From: Nemertoderma westbladi
Lineage: Eukaryota > Animalia > Xenacoelomorpha
DNA: 52,488 nucleotides
Assembly (NCBI GenBank): GCA_032718475.1
Contig: JAUCBJ010006643.1
Location: 1-52,488 of the forward strand
Direction of reading: 5' to 3'
Below the pieces are notes generated by a model. It was not told the DNA's origin. It saw only the letters and a list, made by a program, of their open reading frames with translations, and made no database searches. The position numbers and the translations under genes were made by a program. This document shows positions 23,941-43,179 of the stretch, in pieces (position 1 is the stretch's first letter; each line of letters opens with the position of its first letter).

Positions 23941-26184
23941 TGTTACCAATCACAATCATACACACTATTCTGCCGACCGTCAGTAAATTTGATCACACAT
24001 AAAGAGAGCAGCAATTGACTCATGTAGGGTCTGCTAAATAACATTAGATTCAATACACACCACATTAATATAAATCGCAATTGTTATATATAGCCTGTCT
24101 CTCTAACCTGTAGTGTATCAAGAAAATTGGGAATTTTGGGTGATTTATCCGTATTCTCCAAAGAGCAATATTTCCATCAACAAATAGATACAATTAATAA
24201 CTGACGGTAAATAACAGTACAAACAATATGATTAATAGTGAGTTAATTAGATCAGATAAGTAATTAGGTCGGATTGATCGGATAACAGTTTATACTTTCG
24301 ATAATTTAAGCAGTTTTACTAGAGTTCTTCCCAAAAAGCCGGTGTTATGGCGAAAATGGGAACACAACAACAGAATCATATAAAATCATATGACTACCTT
24401 ACTATACGAGGATACCAACTACCCTTATTCCCCGAAGCTCCCGTCCAACACAGAGGATGAGCAGTGAGATAGGAAAATTCAGTTCAGTAGCTCTGGGATA
24501 GGTCAAAATCAACGCCCACTCAAATTCTATTGGCCGATACGGACAGCAGGGCTAAGGCAACCTCCCTAAGCTGGTTGGCCGATCGAACAGAACCCAGATA
24601 CTCTCGTACAGCCCATCAGCCAATAAGCTGGTAGCTTGCACTATTTTACCTATAGATCCCTTTTTAGAGTATTCAGCGACTGGGGGGAACTGGTTAGCAA
24701 AGCAAATGAATCAGTTATCCCACAAAAGCTTTTACACCGCTCCCAGAAAATGGGATTTAAGTCTATAAAATATACAAAATCACAGTTTCTAAAATATAAA
24801 AATACTCTAAACAGTTAGTCTTTCTTGCGCGGACGGCGTTTACGCAGTTTTTTAAAGCTAGCAAGAGTCCTTTTCTCTTTGGGGCGAGCCACTTTACGAG
24901 GAGGGCTATAACTCCTGGGTGAAGGGTGCAATATGATTGCATCAGAAGGTATGGGATTACGATCGGTATATCCGCCGGTCGAAGTACCGGGTTGATTGAC
25001 ATCAACGTCCGGGGAGAGGGGTCTAACGGCTTTGAGAGCTCGTTTCAAGGCAGCCGCTCTTACGGGTCCTTTACGAGTGGTCTGAATGAGGGCCGAGGGT
25101 GGACCATAGGCAGTTAGAAACTTCCTTGGTTTAATGGTTCTTTCCAACTCGCGTTCGCGGGCTCGGTACTCGTAAGGCCGTTAATATACTTCCTGTAACT
25201 CGGGGTGTGAGTTGACAAATAAGTCTCCATAGGCAGGGTCTTGACGGATAAAGTTTATTAAGTTGTAAGAATAGATGTCACTCGGATTAATGCTCCTGAG
25301 AAATTTGCATACATATTTGGTTGAAATACATTCTCCAACGCGCTTCAGTAGTTCATAACTTGATATGCGTGATTTCTGTTCGACAGAAGCGAATAGATAA
25401 GGATGGAACGCATAAACTCCTTCGTGAGCGCGTCCAGGATAATAACGATGGCGCGAATCACAATGTAAATCAGCGTTCGCTTCCCAAGCTCTGATGTAAC
25501 GTAGTGTGATCATTTCATCTACGCTTTCCAAATCGTGACAAAAAAGGGCAATCGAAACTGGCGCGTCCCTTTAGTTGACAATGGTGACATTGAGTCATAA
25601 ATTGAGGGCAAACCGCAAAAATGTGCAAGTTATTGAGTCTGTAATACGCGCAATAAATTTCCATCGTCGGTTGTTTGTGGAAATAGGAACAGCGGACGTT
25701 TGTGTCCATGGGCGTAACATGGTCTCTCGATGCGCATAACCGACAACGTTGCCGAGAAACATAGTTGGCATGGCGATAATCGTACGCAGTGAGACACTGT
25801 GGACCTTGATACCATTCCCATATGTAGTCGCTATCGCTACTCCGAGACGTGGGGGGCTGAATCTCTTCAGATTCTAAACATATGGGTTCGTCTTCCCAGT
25901 CTGTTACGAATATAATTTTCGTGATCTATTCTCGGTTTATCGTTACGACTACGCTGGGTATGATATTTAAATAGAACCATTTCCCTTTCGGTGTATACAT
26001 CGTCCGTATCATGTAAATCGGTAGGATGGCCGGTAGTTAAGAAGTCCATATACGTTCCATTACGATTCGTATAGCGAGCGGTGAATTTTCTATAGTCCAA
26101 TTCACGCGTAAGTTGTTCCTGGGACATCGGCGGTTCGATATAATGACCATCGTCCTCCGTAATAGTCGGATCGGCTTCACCGCG

Positions 26185-28868
<2,684 letters not shown>

Positions 28869-31145
28869 GTGATACTTCTTCTAGTGTTAAATTAACCGCA
28901 GATTCCAAATACAGTGACCGTTTTTACATATATTTTGTTCTTATGGAGATATTGGGGTTTAAACATAACGTATTTGACATGAATTGAAAAATGAGTTGAA
29001 AAATTAGTTATATAAGAATTAATTATTGGTAATGTCAACAACTGATATAAACAAAATATATTAAACATACAGTTATATAACATAATATCAGTTCGGGTAA
29101 ATACGAAGTTACATCAGCAATTAATTATTAAGCAGCACTAATAATAATTGTCATTCGAATCTCTTTAACAGTTTTATTAAAATCCCAGACAGTTTATTAC
29201 TTTCCTTTGCGGTTCCAAGATCATAACAATAGAGTAGAAACTCGTCCCTTGGCAGTGTTTGTGGTAGTAGCTGCATTGTTAAGAGCTTCTAAATGTCGTA
29301 GTCTGTTCTAAAAATAAAAATAATAACCATAAGTTTACATAGATCGTTTATTAGTACAAACAAATACTAATACTAATATTGTATTAACTGATATAGTTGA
29401 ATGTTGAACTGATTTTAACATTTATTACAAGGAACTGCAATAACTTATCAACTTTAAATAGTTTTATTAAAAGAAGCAATCCAGAACACAATGCAAAATA
29501 TAAGTATATGTAGTGAACTAGAATGTAATTAATTCAACTGTGCGATCCAACTCAACCAGGTTTATTTTCATTCCGAAGATGAATTCTCTCCATAGCTGCT
29601 CTCCTACTAACACAATGAACCGGCCCATAGAGATTCATTGACATCGGGAAATTCAAGGATTCTCATCGGTTGGCCGCCTCCATATCCCAGTTGATTTATT
29701 TTGTAAAATTGTAAATTAATAATTTGATGAACAATATTCTTATTGTTGTCTATAAAAACATGTGTACCTTTCGTTCTATTAAGCGAAAATTTATGTTTGA
29801 TAGCTTAAAAGAAAGCTACGTAATTCAGGATTATTAATATGTAAAAAACTCTTTATAACTCCTATGGGAAGTTACTCGTTAATGTGATTTTATATAAAAT
29901 GGCATTACGACCAGGTCGCGTTGTGATTACGTAACTCCGTACGGCCACATTTACTATCAGTTTCTGGGGATAGAAGGCCAATATATCATTTCGATTTGTA
30001 ATTTTTCTTATGAAGTAAGTTTGGTGATTGTCCTATATACTTTTTAATGTACTTTCCAATAGCAGAGGCACGTTATTCTAACCAAAACAATAAACTAAAG
30101 TTATTTTCGTCACCCCCCCCCCCCCCGCCATTAATTAGATACAATCGGCTAATTAAACCAGATGGTTTACCCGCTTCTCAATCTCTGCCAGCCGGTTGAG
30201 AATAAAATAAATATAATATTATTTACACAATAACATTAATTATTGTTTATAACATAAATGTTTGCTGATTATCTGTTATTGATATGACATCGACATTTTT
30301 CCAACTAACATTACAGGCCCACTAGATCACGACATACAAACAGCAGCTCAATTACTATTAACTCATATTGCCTACCAAACGGTCTAGGTACCAATGGAAT
30401 GTTCACTTTATTTTACTTGTAATCTAATGTAATGTAAAGTAAACAACGGACGAGGTTATAATATATTTGGCCGGCTGGAATCCAATCCAAAGTTATTTTC
30501 CTCTTCAATTTCCCTTTATATTTTTCGATTCAACTCGGTAAAAAAAATAGTTTTGGTTCGATTATTCGGCCTTTCGATTTGAATATTAAACTTTATTTGA
30601 CAGTAAATAATTAATTGTTTTTCTCATAAACTACATGATTTTTTATATAATATTCTCGATTCTCGATAGTCGATTGGACCCCAGTCTCTTAAAACAAACA
30701 ATCTTACTAACATTTGGCTGAAATCTCCAAAAAAACGAATAAAAGAGCGACAGTAACCTAGGTAGTTGTCAGTGAGTCTGTAATCTAGGTAAGTTGGGTT
30801 TTATTAACTCAATTAATGCCACATATGTGGCACAAACAATAATTTACATTGTAATTAATTATGTAGAAAATTGAGAATTCTAAAAATCTCATCAGTAATC
30901 CAACTTACTAACACAAACAATATAGAAGATAAGAGATAACGAGATAAATACATAACAATATTATAAATTCATATTGAGGTGAGCGAATTTATCGAGTTAA
31001 TAATAGGCTGAAATAAACATCTCGAACTATAGAGAGAGAATTATTGATTTTGTGCTTTTTAGATGTTCAAATTTGGAATTTTAAATGTGAAGGTTTATAT
31101 CGCAGCAGAAACGTTGTTGGAATGTCGTTACGTGTCGCTCACAGA

Positions 31146-31649
31146 TTAAACTTGGCAACTGAATACCGGATGAGAGAGGATTCTTCTTGCCTTCGGTCTG
31201 TCCGCTGGATTTATTCTCAAACATTGGCGGATTAAGTCCTTGAGACTGTCCGATAGTCTATCTGCTATGTCTGGGTGGCTTTTAGAGTTGGCGATCTGCA
31301 AAAAAAAGGATGAATAAGTTATTACATTACCTAATAATAATAATAATATTAAAAATAAATAAATAAAATTGATTTTAATATAATTTTGATAAAATAAAGT
31401 TATTAATATTAAAATGTTACCAACAAATTTTCTAATAACATTTGTTATTAAAATCTAATCTTCAATAAATCTACGAATACTACTGAATTCACTACAACTT
31501 ACTTCTGGAGCCATAAATGCGATGGTGCCCAATAGTTGACCCTGGAATTCCCCACCGAACGTTTATTGCGACTGCAGACGGGCTGCCGTAATACCAAAGT
31601 CAGACAGTTTCAGCTTCTGGCCGGTCGAGTCTACCAGAAGATTAGCGCC
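31146..31649 (-). pseudogene. MAP3K1: MAP3K1/MEKK1 kinase-domain exon remnants (31503-31649, 31146-31295)
   Basis: [48 protein letters not shown]|gtaagt, and cag|IANSKSHPDI..(frameshift)[49 protein letters not shown] is characteristic of MEKK1. Confidence 0.88.
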
Positions 31650-31779
31650 AAAATAATTGAGTAAACCTGAGTAAATGAATTTAAATAATAAGTTAATTAA
31701 TAAGTTCAGCCTTCTTATAGTAAGTCTAGCTACGTAATAATTATATACGGGATTATAATAAATAAATTACCTTTGCTTT

Positions 31780-34700
31780 GAATGAATTAATAGATTTATT
31801 TATACATTATGTAAAAACAATAACAAATACACCAAACAATGTACCGGTATAAAGGTATTGTCCAACATAACATATAGGATTACCCCTAAAGCTTTGCAGC
31901 TTATTTCCAAGGGGGTCCTTTATGTTACTTGGTTACAAATACAATATTACACTACGCTAACCTAAAACCCATATAAAACGTAATTACACTATGTACATGT
32001 ACAACTTTACCGAGAGCGTGACAATGCCCGACTCAACGATAAAGATACACAAGGTACAGAACAATTTATTATAAAACGTAATTACAGTATAAATAGTAAA
32101 TAATTAATAAACTAATAACTTACTGTAGGACTATTGTACCTATTTTTACATTGCACACGGAGATGAGATTTAACTGCAGATTTAAAAGAATGTTGATTAT
32201 TTAGGTTTTTAATTTCATTAGGCAGAGCGTTCCAATTTTTTATGCCGTTAAAAAAGAAAGTATCAGATTCAAAGGATTTACAATTCGGGAGGTAGAAGTT
32301 TGAAGCACTAGCTCTGGTACTGTAAGAGTGTGTATCGCGTACTCTGTTGAATTTTTGTTTTAGGTAATTGGGACATTTACCATTATACACTTTATGCACA
32401 TGGTTAAGGCGTAGCTGCTTAACTCTACTATCTAAGTTAAGTAGTCCAGATTCAGAAAAGTCATCTGGAGTTAGGTGGTGCCTAGGTTTGTAGTCTTTAA
32501 TAAATCGTACTACTTTATTCTGAGCTACTTGTAATTTACATTTAAGCTGTTTGGTTAAGCCTTCATACCAAGAAGAGCATGCATAGTCCATGTGACACTG
32601 TATTAAAGAAGAGCAAAGTAACTTGCGGGAGTCGGTGTTCAAACTATTTTTATTTCTGTATAGAAACCTAAGCCTACTGTTAACTTTCGAGAAAATATTT
32701 TTCACTGTACTTTCTCCTGATAAGCAGTTATCCAATGTGGCGCCTAAATATTTAACTTCCTTTTTATTTTCAATCTTATGTCCATTACTAGTGACTTCAA
32801 ACTTAGTTACCTTCTTTAACTTTCTTTTGGAACCAAACAAAATACTTTCAGTTTTACCGTAGTGAATGGATAGCTTATTATCAACCAACCACTCATTACA
32901 GGATTCTAGAACTGCACTTAACTTTTGGGAAATATGGATAGGATCTTTATGAGAGAAAATAAGAGCACTGTCGTCGGCATATAAAATGAGTTTAAAATCG
33001 GGATCTATACTACTTATCATATCATTTACATAGCATACAAAAAGCAGAGGACCTAATATACTACCTTGCGGTACACCACAGGTAATCTCTTGTACAGTAG
33101 ACAGCGATTTGCTAATGACTACAGTTTGACCTCTGTCTGACAGGTAGGACTTGAACCAGTCTATAGAACCTACACCCATCAGGCCTAACTTACCAAGCAG
33201 AATTTCGTGATCTACAGTATCGAAAGCCTTTTGTAGGTCCAACATTACCATACCAGTATATAAACCCTTTGCGTTATTACATCTAATTGTATCAGTTAAG
33301 TTAATAAGGCAGGTGTCTGTAGAATATGATTTACGAAAACCGGACTGAAGTTCATAGATCAGATTTAGCCTACTAAGATGTGCCTCCAGCTGTAGAAAAA
33401 CAGAACGTTCTAGAATTTTAGATACAATACTTAAGATACTAACAGGTCTGTAATTACAGGGTTCTACTTTACTATTCTTTTTATACAGAGGAACAACCTT
33501 AGCTAATTTCAGTTCGTCTGGTACTACATTATCTACGATAGAGTAATTAATAATAAAAGTAATAGGCACTTTAAGTACTTCAGCACCATCCTTAAGAAAA
33601 CGGGCAGGTATTAGATCTAGACCGGTACTTTTTGAGGCTGATAGGCTAAGTAGATTTTTAAAAACGAAATCCTCAGAAACGGGTTTTAAAAATAACTTTT
33701 CTGAATTTTGTAACTTTTCTAAATAAAAATTATTTAGAGTTTCGGACCCTATACTATATTTATTACTTGATAACGGTAACTTCTTAACTAAATTAGAGGC
33801 AACATTAGTAAAATAATTATTAAATAAATTACTAACTAGAGTATGATCATGAATCAGCTCACCGTTATCTTGCAGAACAATATTCGATTTAGATTTAAGG
33901 TTTTTATAACCTAAAGATTTTAGGGTAGACCATAGACTTTTAGGATTATCTTTATTCTCACTTATTTTGTTGTACAAATATTCAGATTTAGCTTTTTTTA
34001 TTTCCCGTTGGACAAGGTTTCTATATTTGCAGTAATTATTATAATCAGCTAAAACACGGTATTTCCTAAATTTATACAAATAGTTATCTCTTTCTCTGAT
34101 ATTACTAAGAATACCCGAGGTCATCCAGGGCTCAGTGCGTTGTTTAAGACTAATTTCTTTAATTGGTGCTACAGTATTAAGTGCCTTTAAAAATATATCT
34201 TTAAAAACAGTGTACGCAAGGTTAATGTCAGTGGCCTTAAAACAGGGTTCCCAGTCAGAATTAACTAACAAACTTAAAAAGCGTTCCTTGCTGTAATTTT
34301 TCATAGACCTAACTGTTACTGTTTTATGATCCCCGAAAAAAGATTTTTGTGTCTTTCTTGTGCAAAAAACTATAAAATGATCGCTTAGACCTATAGGTAA
34401 AACCCCAGATTGAGAAATAATATCGGTATTATTACAAAGGATGTGATCTAGTAAAGTAGAAGTTTTACTGGTAATTCTGGTAGAATCTCGAATAATTTGT
34501 TTTAAACCAAACAAATTTAAAATACTTTGGTACTGTTTACAGATGGGGGATGCTTTGTGATGGTAACAGATATTAAAATCACCTAAGAAATATATTTCAC
34601 AGTCTGACCTAAGATTACATAAAATTGTATTTTCAAAATTTTGCAAAAAATCTGATTGTTTAGGGGGCCGATATAAAGTACCGATTAAAATAGGTTTAGT

Positions 34701-35770
34701 TTTAGGAAGTAAAAGTTCCACCAGTAAAACTTCGTCACAAGTCTCTAAATCTTCCCTACGATTAAAAGCTAAATCACATCGAATGTAAGTACAGACACCA
34801 CCACCGTGTCTGTCCCTATCCTTACGTAAAACTACGTAATTATCAATATAAATTTCTCCATCAGAAACACTATCATCGAGCCAAGTTTCAGAGATTGTTA
34901 AAACTGCTGGGTTGGATTTATTGATTAAAATACGAATTTCGGAAAGTTTTGGAAGCAGAGATCGTGCGTTTAAGTGCAAAAAATGCAAACCTTTTTTCTT
35001 AAAAAAATTAAAAGTTTCACTCTCAGCATCACTTGGAGTTTGCAGAGGCGATGTGAGAAATGAATCGTCGGTTTCTGATTCTAAAATTGTATCATGAAAG
35101 GGAAGTTCGGTAAAAATACAGCTATTGCAGAGAAAACTTGGTTCAAGATTGTTTCTGGTGGAGAATAAATTACTGCGTTTCCTACGGTAACATTTTAAAT
35201 GTACAAATGTGTCACAACTCTCGCATTGGACGATCTTACTCCGAGAGTTTGTTCCTCGTTGACAGACGGGACAGTTGATCTTCGGGGCCCGCGTCCTGCT
35301 GGGTCCTGGGTTGGTCTCAATATCCCCAGCCAGAGACAGTAGACAGAGTTTAGCGATTAGGCCTCTAGATCGTGGAGAGGAGACCCAAGATCTTCTTCCC
35401 CGACGAGAGCAGTAGAGGCTAAATCCACTCGTCGACCACATCTCCGTCGATTCGGCGCGGCAGTTCGAAACGGTAGCGACAGGGTGTTCCGTAAACCAGT
35501 CCAATACGGGTATTGGGTGGGTTGCAGGGTTACCCCGCGGATCGGATGGTTCTGCCACAACGAAACGACCCAGAACGATGAAAACTGTGGAGATTAAGAG
35601 CGGGGACATTGTGCTGTCTGGCTGTAGTCTGACTCAGGGATAAAAACTGTATAGGCCTAGTACCGGTATCTTACTTGGTCTTATTGTCGGCAGGCCTACA
35701 GCTTGGTTCCGCCCCCCTTTTTGAATTAATAGTCCTTGCAATAACAAAGGATGGCGTCGTCCCGAAACAC
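31780..35770 (-). mobile_element. CR1/L2-group non-LTR retrotransposon, apparently single-ORF (boundaries approximate)
   Basis: Intact pol ORF, ~320-bp 3' UTR ending AATAAA..TTCATTCA, no ORF1 seen upstream. Confidence 0.8.
32112..35609 (-). CDS. LINE pol: hydrophobic leader, 2A-like peptide, PHD finger, APE endonuclease, reverse transcriptase
   Basis: 1165 aa with no stops. DIETNPGP; CPVC..CESC..HLKC..CNSC; HLNARSL, SETWL, YRPP, GDFN, LDHI, SDH; [33 protein letters not shown]. Confidence 0.97.
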   Translation of the reverse strand: MSPLLISTVFIVLGRFVVAEPSDPRGNPATHPIPVLDWFTEHPVATVSNCRAESTEMWSTSGFSLYCSRRGRRSWVSSPRSRGLIAKLCLLSLAGDIETNPGPSRTRAPKINCPVCQRGTNSRSKIVQCESCDTFVHLKCYRRKRSNLFSTRNNLEPSFLCNSCIFTELPFHDTILESETDDSFLTSPLQTPSDAESETFNFFKKKGLHFLHLNARSLLPKLSEIRILINKSNPAVLTISETWLDDSVSDGEIYIDNYVVLRKDRDRHGGGVCTYIRCDLAFNRREDLETCDEVLLVELLLPKTKPILIGTLYRPPKQSDFLQNFENTILCNLRSDCEIYFLGDFNICYHHKASPICKQYQSILNLFGLKQIIRDSTRITSKTSTLLDHILCNNTDIISQSGVLPIGLSDHFIVFCTRKTQKSFFGDHKTVTVRSMKNYSKERFLSLLVNSDWEPCFKATDINLAYTVFKDIFLKALNTVAPIKEISLKQRTEPWMTSGILSNIRERDNYLYKFRKYRVLADYNNYCKYRNLVQREIKKAKSEYLYNKISENKDNPKSLWSTLKSLGYKNLKSKSNIVLQDNGELIHDHTLVSNLFNNYFTNVASNLVKKLPLSSNKYSIGSETLNNFYLEKLQNSEKLFLKPVSEDFVFKNLLSLSASKSTGLDLIPARFLKDGAEVLKVPITFIINYSIVDNVVPDELKLAKVVPLYKKNSKVEPCNYRPVSILSIVSKILERSVFLQLEAHLSRLNLIYELQSGFRKSYSTDTCLINLTDTIRCNNAKGLYTGMVMLDLQKAFDTVDHEILLGKLGLMGVGSIDWFKSYLSDRGQTVVISKSLSTVQEITCGVPQGSILGPLLFVCYVNDMISSIDPDFKLILYADDSALIFSHKDPIHISQKLSAVLESCNEWLVDNKLSIHYGKTESILFGSKRKLKKVTKFEVTSNGHKIENKKEVKYLGATLDNCLSGESTVKNIFSKVNSRLRFLYRNKNSLNTDSRKLLCSSLIQCHMDYACSSWYEGLTKQLKCKLQVAQNKVVRFIKDYKPRHHLTPDDFSESGLLNLDSRVKQLRLNHVHKVYNGKCPNYLKQKFNRVRDTHSYSTRASASNFYLPNCKSFESDTFFFNGIKNWNALPNEIKNLNNQHSFKSAVKSHLRVQCKNRYNSPTVSY

Positions 35771-37039
35771 TTTAATATAATATTTGATTGTGAAGGAATA
35801 ATTAATTATTGTAATCCGACGTAACAACTACCTACGGTAAGTAACACAGAAGTATTGTTATTGAATGAAATGACACTGGCCGTTGCCTTTGTATAAATAA
35901 AGCCCACTGAATGTAAACTGAAACAAGTAGGCTACGGTCGCGTAGGCCTGATTGAGATGGTATGCGCGATCAACTGTCTGTGAACTCTCTATGAACTCTG
36001 TGGTTGTATTAAAGAACGTTGTGTCAATGTAATAATAATGGATGGCTATGGCTAGCAAGGTAACAATGCAATGCGCCTGTACGCAGTGACTATAGTAAAG
36101 AACTCATTAGCATAAGTAGATTGGATATTGCCTTGAATGGACGCCATCTTGAATGGATATGTTGAGTGAAAACACAGGAACATGACGTTGGATTGGGCTT
36201 ATTTAGTATCTCTTGAAAAAGTAAATATACCACGAGACTCGTCATGTTGCATTCCATAAGATGTATATATTTTGAATATAATTTTTGATAGTATAATAGG
36301 AGTTTTTGCATAAAAACTAGCTTAAAACGCGATATTTTTTTGGAAAAAGCCGGGTTTAGCAAGATGAGTTGGTTGGGATGTCAACAAAGCTTATGATTCG
36401 CTGTTTCTGTGGAGACAAAGGGAAAATAGCTTCAACCATTATAGATTTAACATTAAGTGAAGGGGAATAATGGTTTGTCTTTTTCACAGAATTTTCGCCT
36501 GTACATTATTTGGAAAAGTTGAGGGTTTGATGGCGGGAAAGTGACAGATTCGGGAACTAGATTGAATTTTGCATAAAAAGTTTTTTTTTTAGCTACTCTT
36601 GAGGATCAAGTTTTCTATGTTTATTTTGCATTTTAAATACTAACTTTCTCCCCACCATTGAACTAATGGTAGCGTTTGAACGAATGTGAGTTCTTCGTTA
36701 CTAAAATGACATCATGATTACTGACTGAGCCTGGCTTAGAAACCACTAGTGTACTCTGAAAATAATGAAAACTTTGCCGGCCTGTAACTTTGGTTGACGT
36801 GGATGAAATTGGCTGATTTTAAGTTCATTAGAATGGGCGTAATTTTATCTTTCTGTTCATATTAAGTACTAATTAAAACAATGAAGAATAACCTTATTTG
36901 AAATTATAGTTATAATAACATAGTTGATACAATGGATCAAACGGGCCAGCAGTGGTATGTATGGTAATTATTTGTTATAGGCCTATGCATTGCGGCTAAA
37001 TGCCATGGTATGTATCATTATGTAAATGCTTGTGAAATG

Positions 37040-39480
37040 ATACTGGTATCGGTATCGGTGAATTAATATCGACATTGATTATTAATATTGGCATCGATAT
37101 TGGTTATTGTAATTGGTATCGATATTGGTTATTTATATTGGTTATGGATATTGGTTATTGGTTATTGGTTATTGATATTGGTTATTGGTGTCGATATTGG
37201 TTATTGATATTGGTTATTGATATTGGTTATTGATATTGATTATTGGTTAGTGGTTATTGATATTGGTTATTGGTTATTGGTATCGATATTGGTTATTGAT
37301 ATTGGTTATTGATATTGGTTATTGATATTGGTTATTGATATTGGTTATTGATATTGGTTATTGATATTGGTTATTGATATTGGTTATTGGTGTCGATATA
37401 GGTTATTGATATTGGTTATTGATATTGGTTATTGATATTGATTATTGGTTAGTGGTTATTGATATTGGTTACTGGTATCGATATTGGTTATTGATATTGG
37501 TTATTGATATTGGTTATTGGTATCGATATTGGTTATTGATTATTGGTTATTGATATTGGTTATTGGTATCGATATTAAAAAGGTTATTGATATTGGTATA
37601 GATATTGGTTATTGATATTGGTTATTGGTATCGATATTGGTTATTGATATTGGAATCGATATTGTGTATTGATATTGATATTGGTTATTCTTTATTGGTT
37701 ATTGATATTGGTTATTGATATTGGTTATTGGTATCGATATTGGTTATTGATATTGGTTATTGGTTATTGATATTAGTTATTTGTATCGATATTGGTTATT
37801 GATATTGGTTATTGATATTGATTATTGGTTAGTGGTTATTGATATTGGTTATTGGTATCGATATTGGTTATTGATATTGGTTATTGATATTGGTTATTGA
37901 TATTGTTTATTGATATTGGTTATTGGTTATTGATATTGGTTATTTATATTGGTTATTGATATTGATTATTGGTATAGATATTGGTTATTTATATTGGTTA
38001 TTGGTATCGATATTGGTTATTTATATTGGTTATTGATATTGAATATTGGTTATTGGTTATTGATATTGGTTATTGGTATCGATATTGGTTATTGATATTG
38101 GTTATTGATATTGATTATTGGTTATTGATTATTGGTTATTGATATTGGTTATTGGTATCGATATTGGTTATTGATATTGGTATCGATATTAAAAAGGTTA
38201 TTGATATTGGTATAGATATTGGTTATTGATATTGGTTATTGGTATCGATATTGGTTATTGATATTGGAATCGATATTGGCTATTGATATTGATATTGGTT
38301 ATTGTTTATTGGTTATTGATATTGGTTATTGATATTAGTTATTGGTATCGATATTGGTTATTGATATTGGTTATTGGTTATTGATATTGGTTATTGGTAT
38401 CAATATTGGTTATTGATATTGGTTATTGATATTGGTTATTGATATTGTTTATTGGTTATTGATATTGGTTATTGGTATCGATATTGTTTATTGATATTGA
38501 TATTGGTTATTGATATTGGTTATTGATATTGGTTATTGGTTATTGATATTGGTTATTGGTATCGATATTGGTTATTGATATTGGTTATTTGTTATTGGAT
38601 ATTGATTATTGATATTGGTTATTGGTGTCAATATTGGTTATTTATATTGGTTATTGATATTGATGATTGGTTATTGGTTATTGATATTGGTTATTGGTAT
38701 CGATATTGGTTATTGATATTGGTTATTGATATTGGTTATTGGTTATTGGTTATTGGATATTGGTTATTGACATTGGTTATTGGTATCGATATTGGTTATT
38801 GATATTGGTTATTGATATTGGTTATTGATATTGATTATTGGTTATTGATATTGGTTATTGGTATCGATATTGGTTATTGATATTGGTTATTGATATTGGT
38901 TATTGATTATTGGTTATTGATATTGGTTATTGGTATCGATATTGGTTATTGATATTGGTATCGATATTAAAAAGGTTATTGATATTGGTATAGATATTAA
39001 AAAGGTTATTGATATTGGTTATTGATATTAGTTATTGGTATCGATATTGGTTATTGATATTGGTTATTGATATTGGTTATTGATTATTGGTTATTGATAT
39101 TGGTTATTGGTATCGATATTGGTTATTGATATTGGAATCGATATTAAAAAGGTTATTGATATTGGTATCGATATTGGTCATTGGCATCGGTTATCAGTAT
39201 CGGTATTGATTATTGGTATCGGTTATTAGTATTGGAATTTATTATTGTTATCAGTATTGATTATTGGTATTGGTATTGGTTATTGGTTTCGGTATAGATT
39301 ATTGGTATTGGAAATCGGCATTGGTATTGATTATTGGTATCGGTTATCGCTATCAGTATTGGTATTGGTTATCGGTATCGATATTGATTATTGGTATCGG
39401 TTATTGGTATTGATTATTGGTATCAGTTATCGGTATTGGTATTGATTATTGGTATCGTTATTGGTATCGGTATTGATTAT
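37040..39480. repeat. (ATTGGTT/ATTGAT/ATCGAT)n satellite, dominant 13-bp unit
   Basis: Direct inspection; grades into the ACTGGT array over 39170-39490. Confidence 0.97.
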
Positions 39481-39483
39481 TGG

Positions 39484-41579
<2,096 letters not shown>

Positions 41580-41581
41580 TC

Positions 41582-43057
41582 CTCAGCTACAGTTCTAGTT
41601 GGTATAAGACCAAGAAACTAGTGGCGTATTGGAGAGCCTTTGGGAATTTCCTTGCGGGAGTCGGCAAGGACAAGAAAATCAGGACAACCATAGATCTGGA
41701 GGGAGCGGCCAAGGCAGTGATCCGCTATGAACAACGGAAGAACTACGGCGACGAGGTGGAACGCGTCGGTAACCAACAGCACCTCCGACGGGACAGCGAG
41801 CTGATAACGCTGTCGCCACAACTCAATGACGACGGGATTCTAGTAATGAATTCTAGGGTGGGATACAACAACAGCATAGTGGTACCACCGAAACCCATCA
41901 TCATTCCTACAGGATCGCCAATAGTCCACCAGATTATATGGGACTCCCACAAATCGATATTGCATGGGGGCACCAACCGAACCCTCACAGAGATAAGGAG
42001 GACCTATTGGGTCAAACAATTAAGGAAGAAGGTTAAAGCGGTAGTGGGGCAGTGCCAGACCTGCCGACAGGCGAAGAAGGAGCGAGCCATACAGGAGATG
42101 GCGCCACTACCGGCGAGTAGGGTAAGACAGCACAACCCGCCATTTACGCATTGCGGTGTGGACATGTTCGGGCCGATAAAGATCAAGGTGATGCGACACA
42201 CGGAGAAACGCTACGGTATTATCTTCGTATGCAACAATACGCGGGCGGTAGGGATAGAACTCGCCCAAGATGCAACCGCATCAGCGTTCATTAACGCCTT
42301 AGAAAGGTTTAGGGACCGCAAAGGTGGGACGATCGCAGTGATATACAGCGACAATGGCACCAACTTTGTGGGTGCAGAGAGTGAGATGGCAGAGGCCCTG
42401 GACATCTTGGAGGGGGAAGAAGTCAAGGCAGCCATGAGGAGATGTCAAGTAAAGTGGGAGAGACGGACGCCGTATGCACCACATACACTGGGATGCGTCG
42501 AGAGACTGGTGGGCAGTTCAAAGCGTCTAATGACGAAGCTAATGAACACCCACATGGTCACTGAGGACGTTTTACGGACAGTACTTGCGAAGTGCGAGGG
42601 GATCATTAATAGCAGACCGCTATATCCGGAGAATGATGACCCTGAGTCGTTAGACGTGCTGACGCCTCGCCATTTCCTGATGGAAAGGCCAGCGACCATC
42701 GATATGCGGGGTGTAGACCCAGATGACATACACTCCCGCCAAAGTTGGAAAGTCGCTAAAGCAATAAGCGCAGAGTATTGGAGGAGGTGGGTCGAGGAAT
42801 ACCTACCCACGCTCCATAAGCGAAGCAAGTGGAGGAAGCCGAACAGGGAGTTAAGAGAGGGAGATCTCGTAATCGTCACGGATGATACTATCATCAACAA
42901 CCAATGGCGGTTGGCGAGAGTTGTAGGCACCTACTCCGACGAGGACGGAAGAGTCCGATCGGTAGAAGTGCGAATAGGTGGAAAGATAGGTGCGAAGGAC
43001 AGAAAAACTTACAGGAGAGCTGTAGGGAAATGCTGTCTTCTAGAAGGGGCACCTTAG
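41582..43057 (+). CDS. Bel/Pao pol C-terminal part: integrase (HHCC, DDE) + DUF5641-like tail
   Basis: [88 protein letters not shown]. Confidence 0.95.
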   Translation, partial: LSYSSSWYKTKKLVAYWRAFGNFLAGVGKDKKIRTTIDLEGAAKAVIRYEQRKNYGDEVERVGNQQHLRRDSELITLSPQLNDDGILVMNSRVGYNNSIVVPPKPIIIPTGSPIVHQIIWDSHKSILHGGTNRTLTEIRRTYWVKQLRKKVKAVVGQCQTCRQAKKERAIQEMAPLPASRVRQHNPPFTHCGVDMFGPIKIKVMRHTEKRYGIIFVCNNTRAVGIELAQDATASAFINALERFRDRKGGTIAVIYSDNGTNFVGAESEMAEALDILEGEEVKAAMRRCQVKWERRTPYAPHTLGCVERLVGSSKRLMTKLMNTHMVTEDVLRTVLAKCEGIINSRPLYPENDDPESLDVLTPRHFLMERPATIDMRGVDPDDIHSRQSWKVAKAISAEYWRRWVEEYLPTLHKRSKWRKPNRELREGDLVIVTDDTIINNQWRLARVVGTYSDEDGRVRSVEVRIGGKIGAKDRKTYRRAVGKCCLLEGAP

Positions 43058-43179
43058 AAGTGGAGTTAGTGCGTTGTTTAGTCGTCCAAGTTTTGGACTG
43101 AGGGGGGTGGGATTGAGGGCGAGACGCCCTTCCCACATATAAAATTTGCAAAATAAAATAAAAATAAATAATAGTACAT

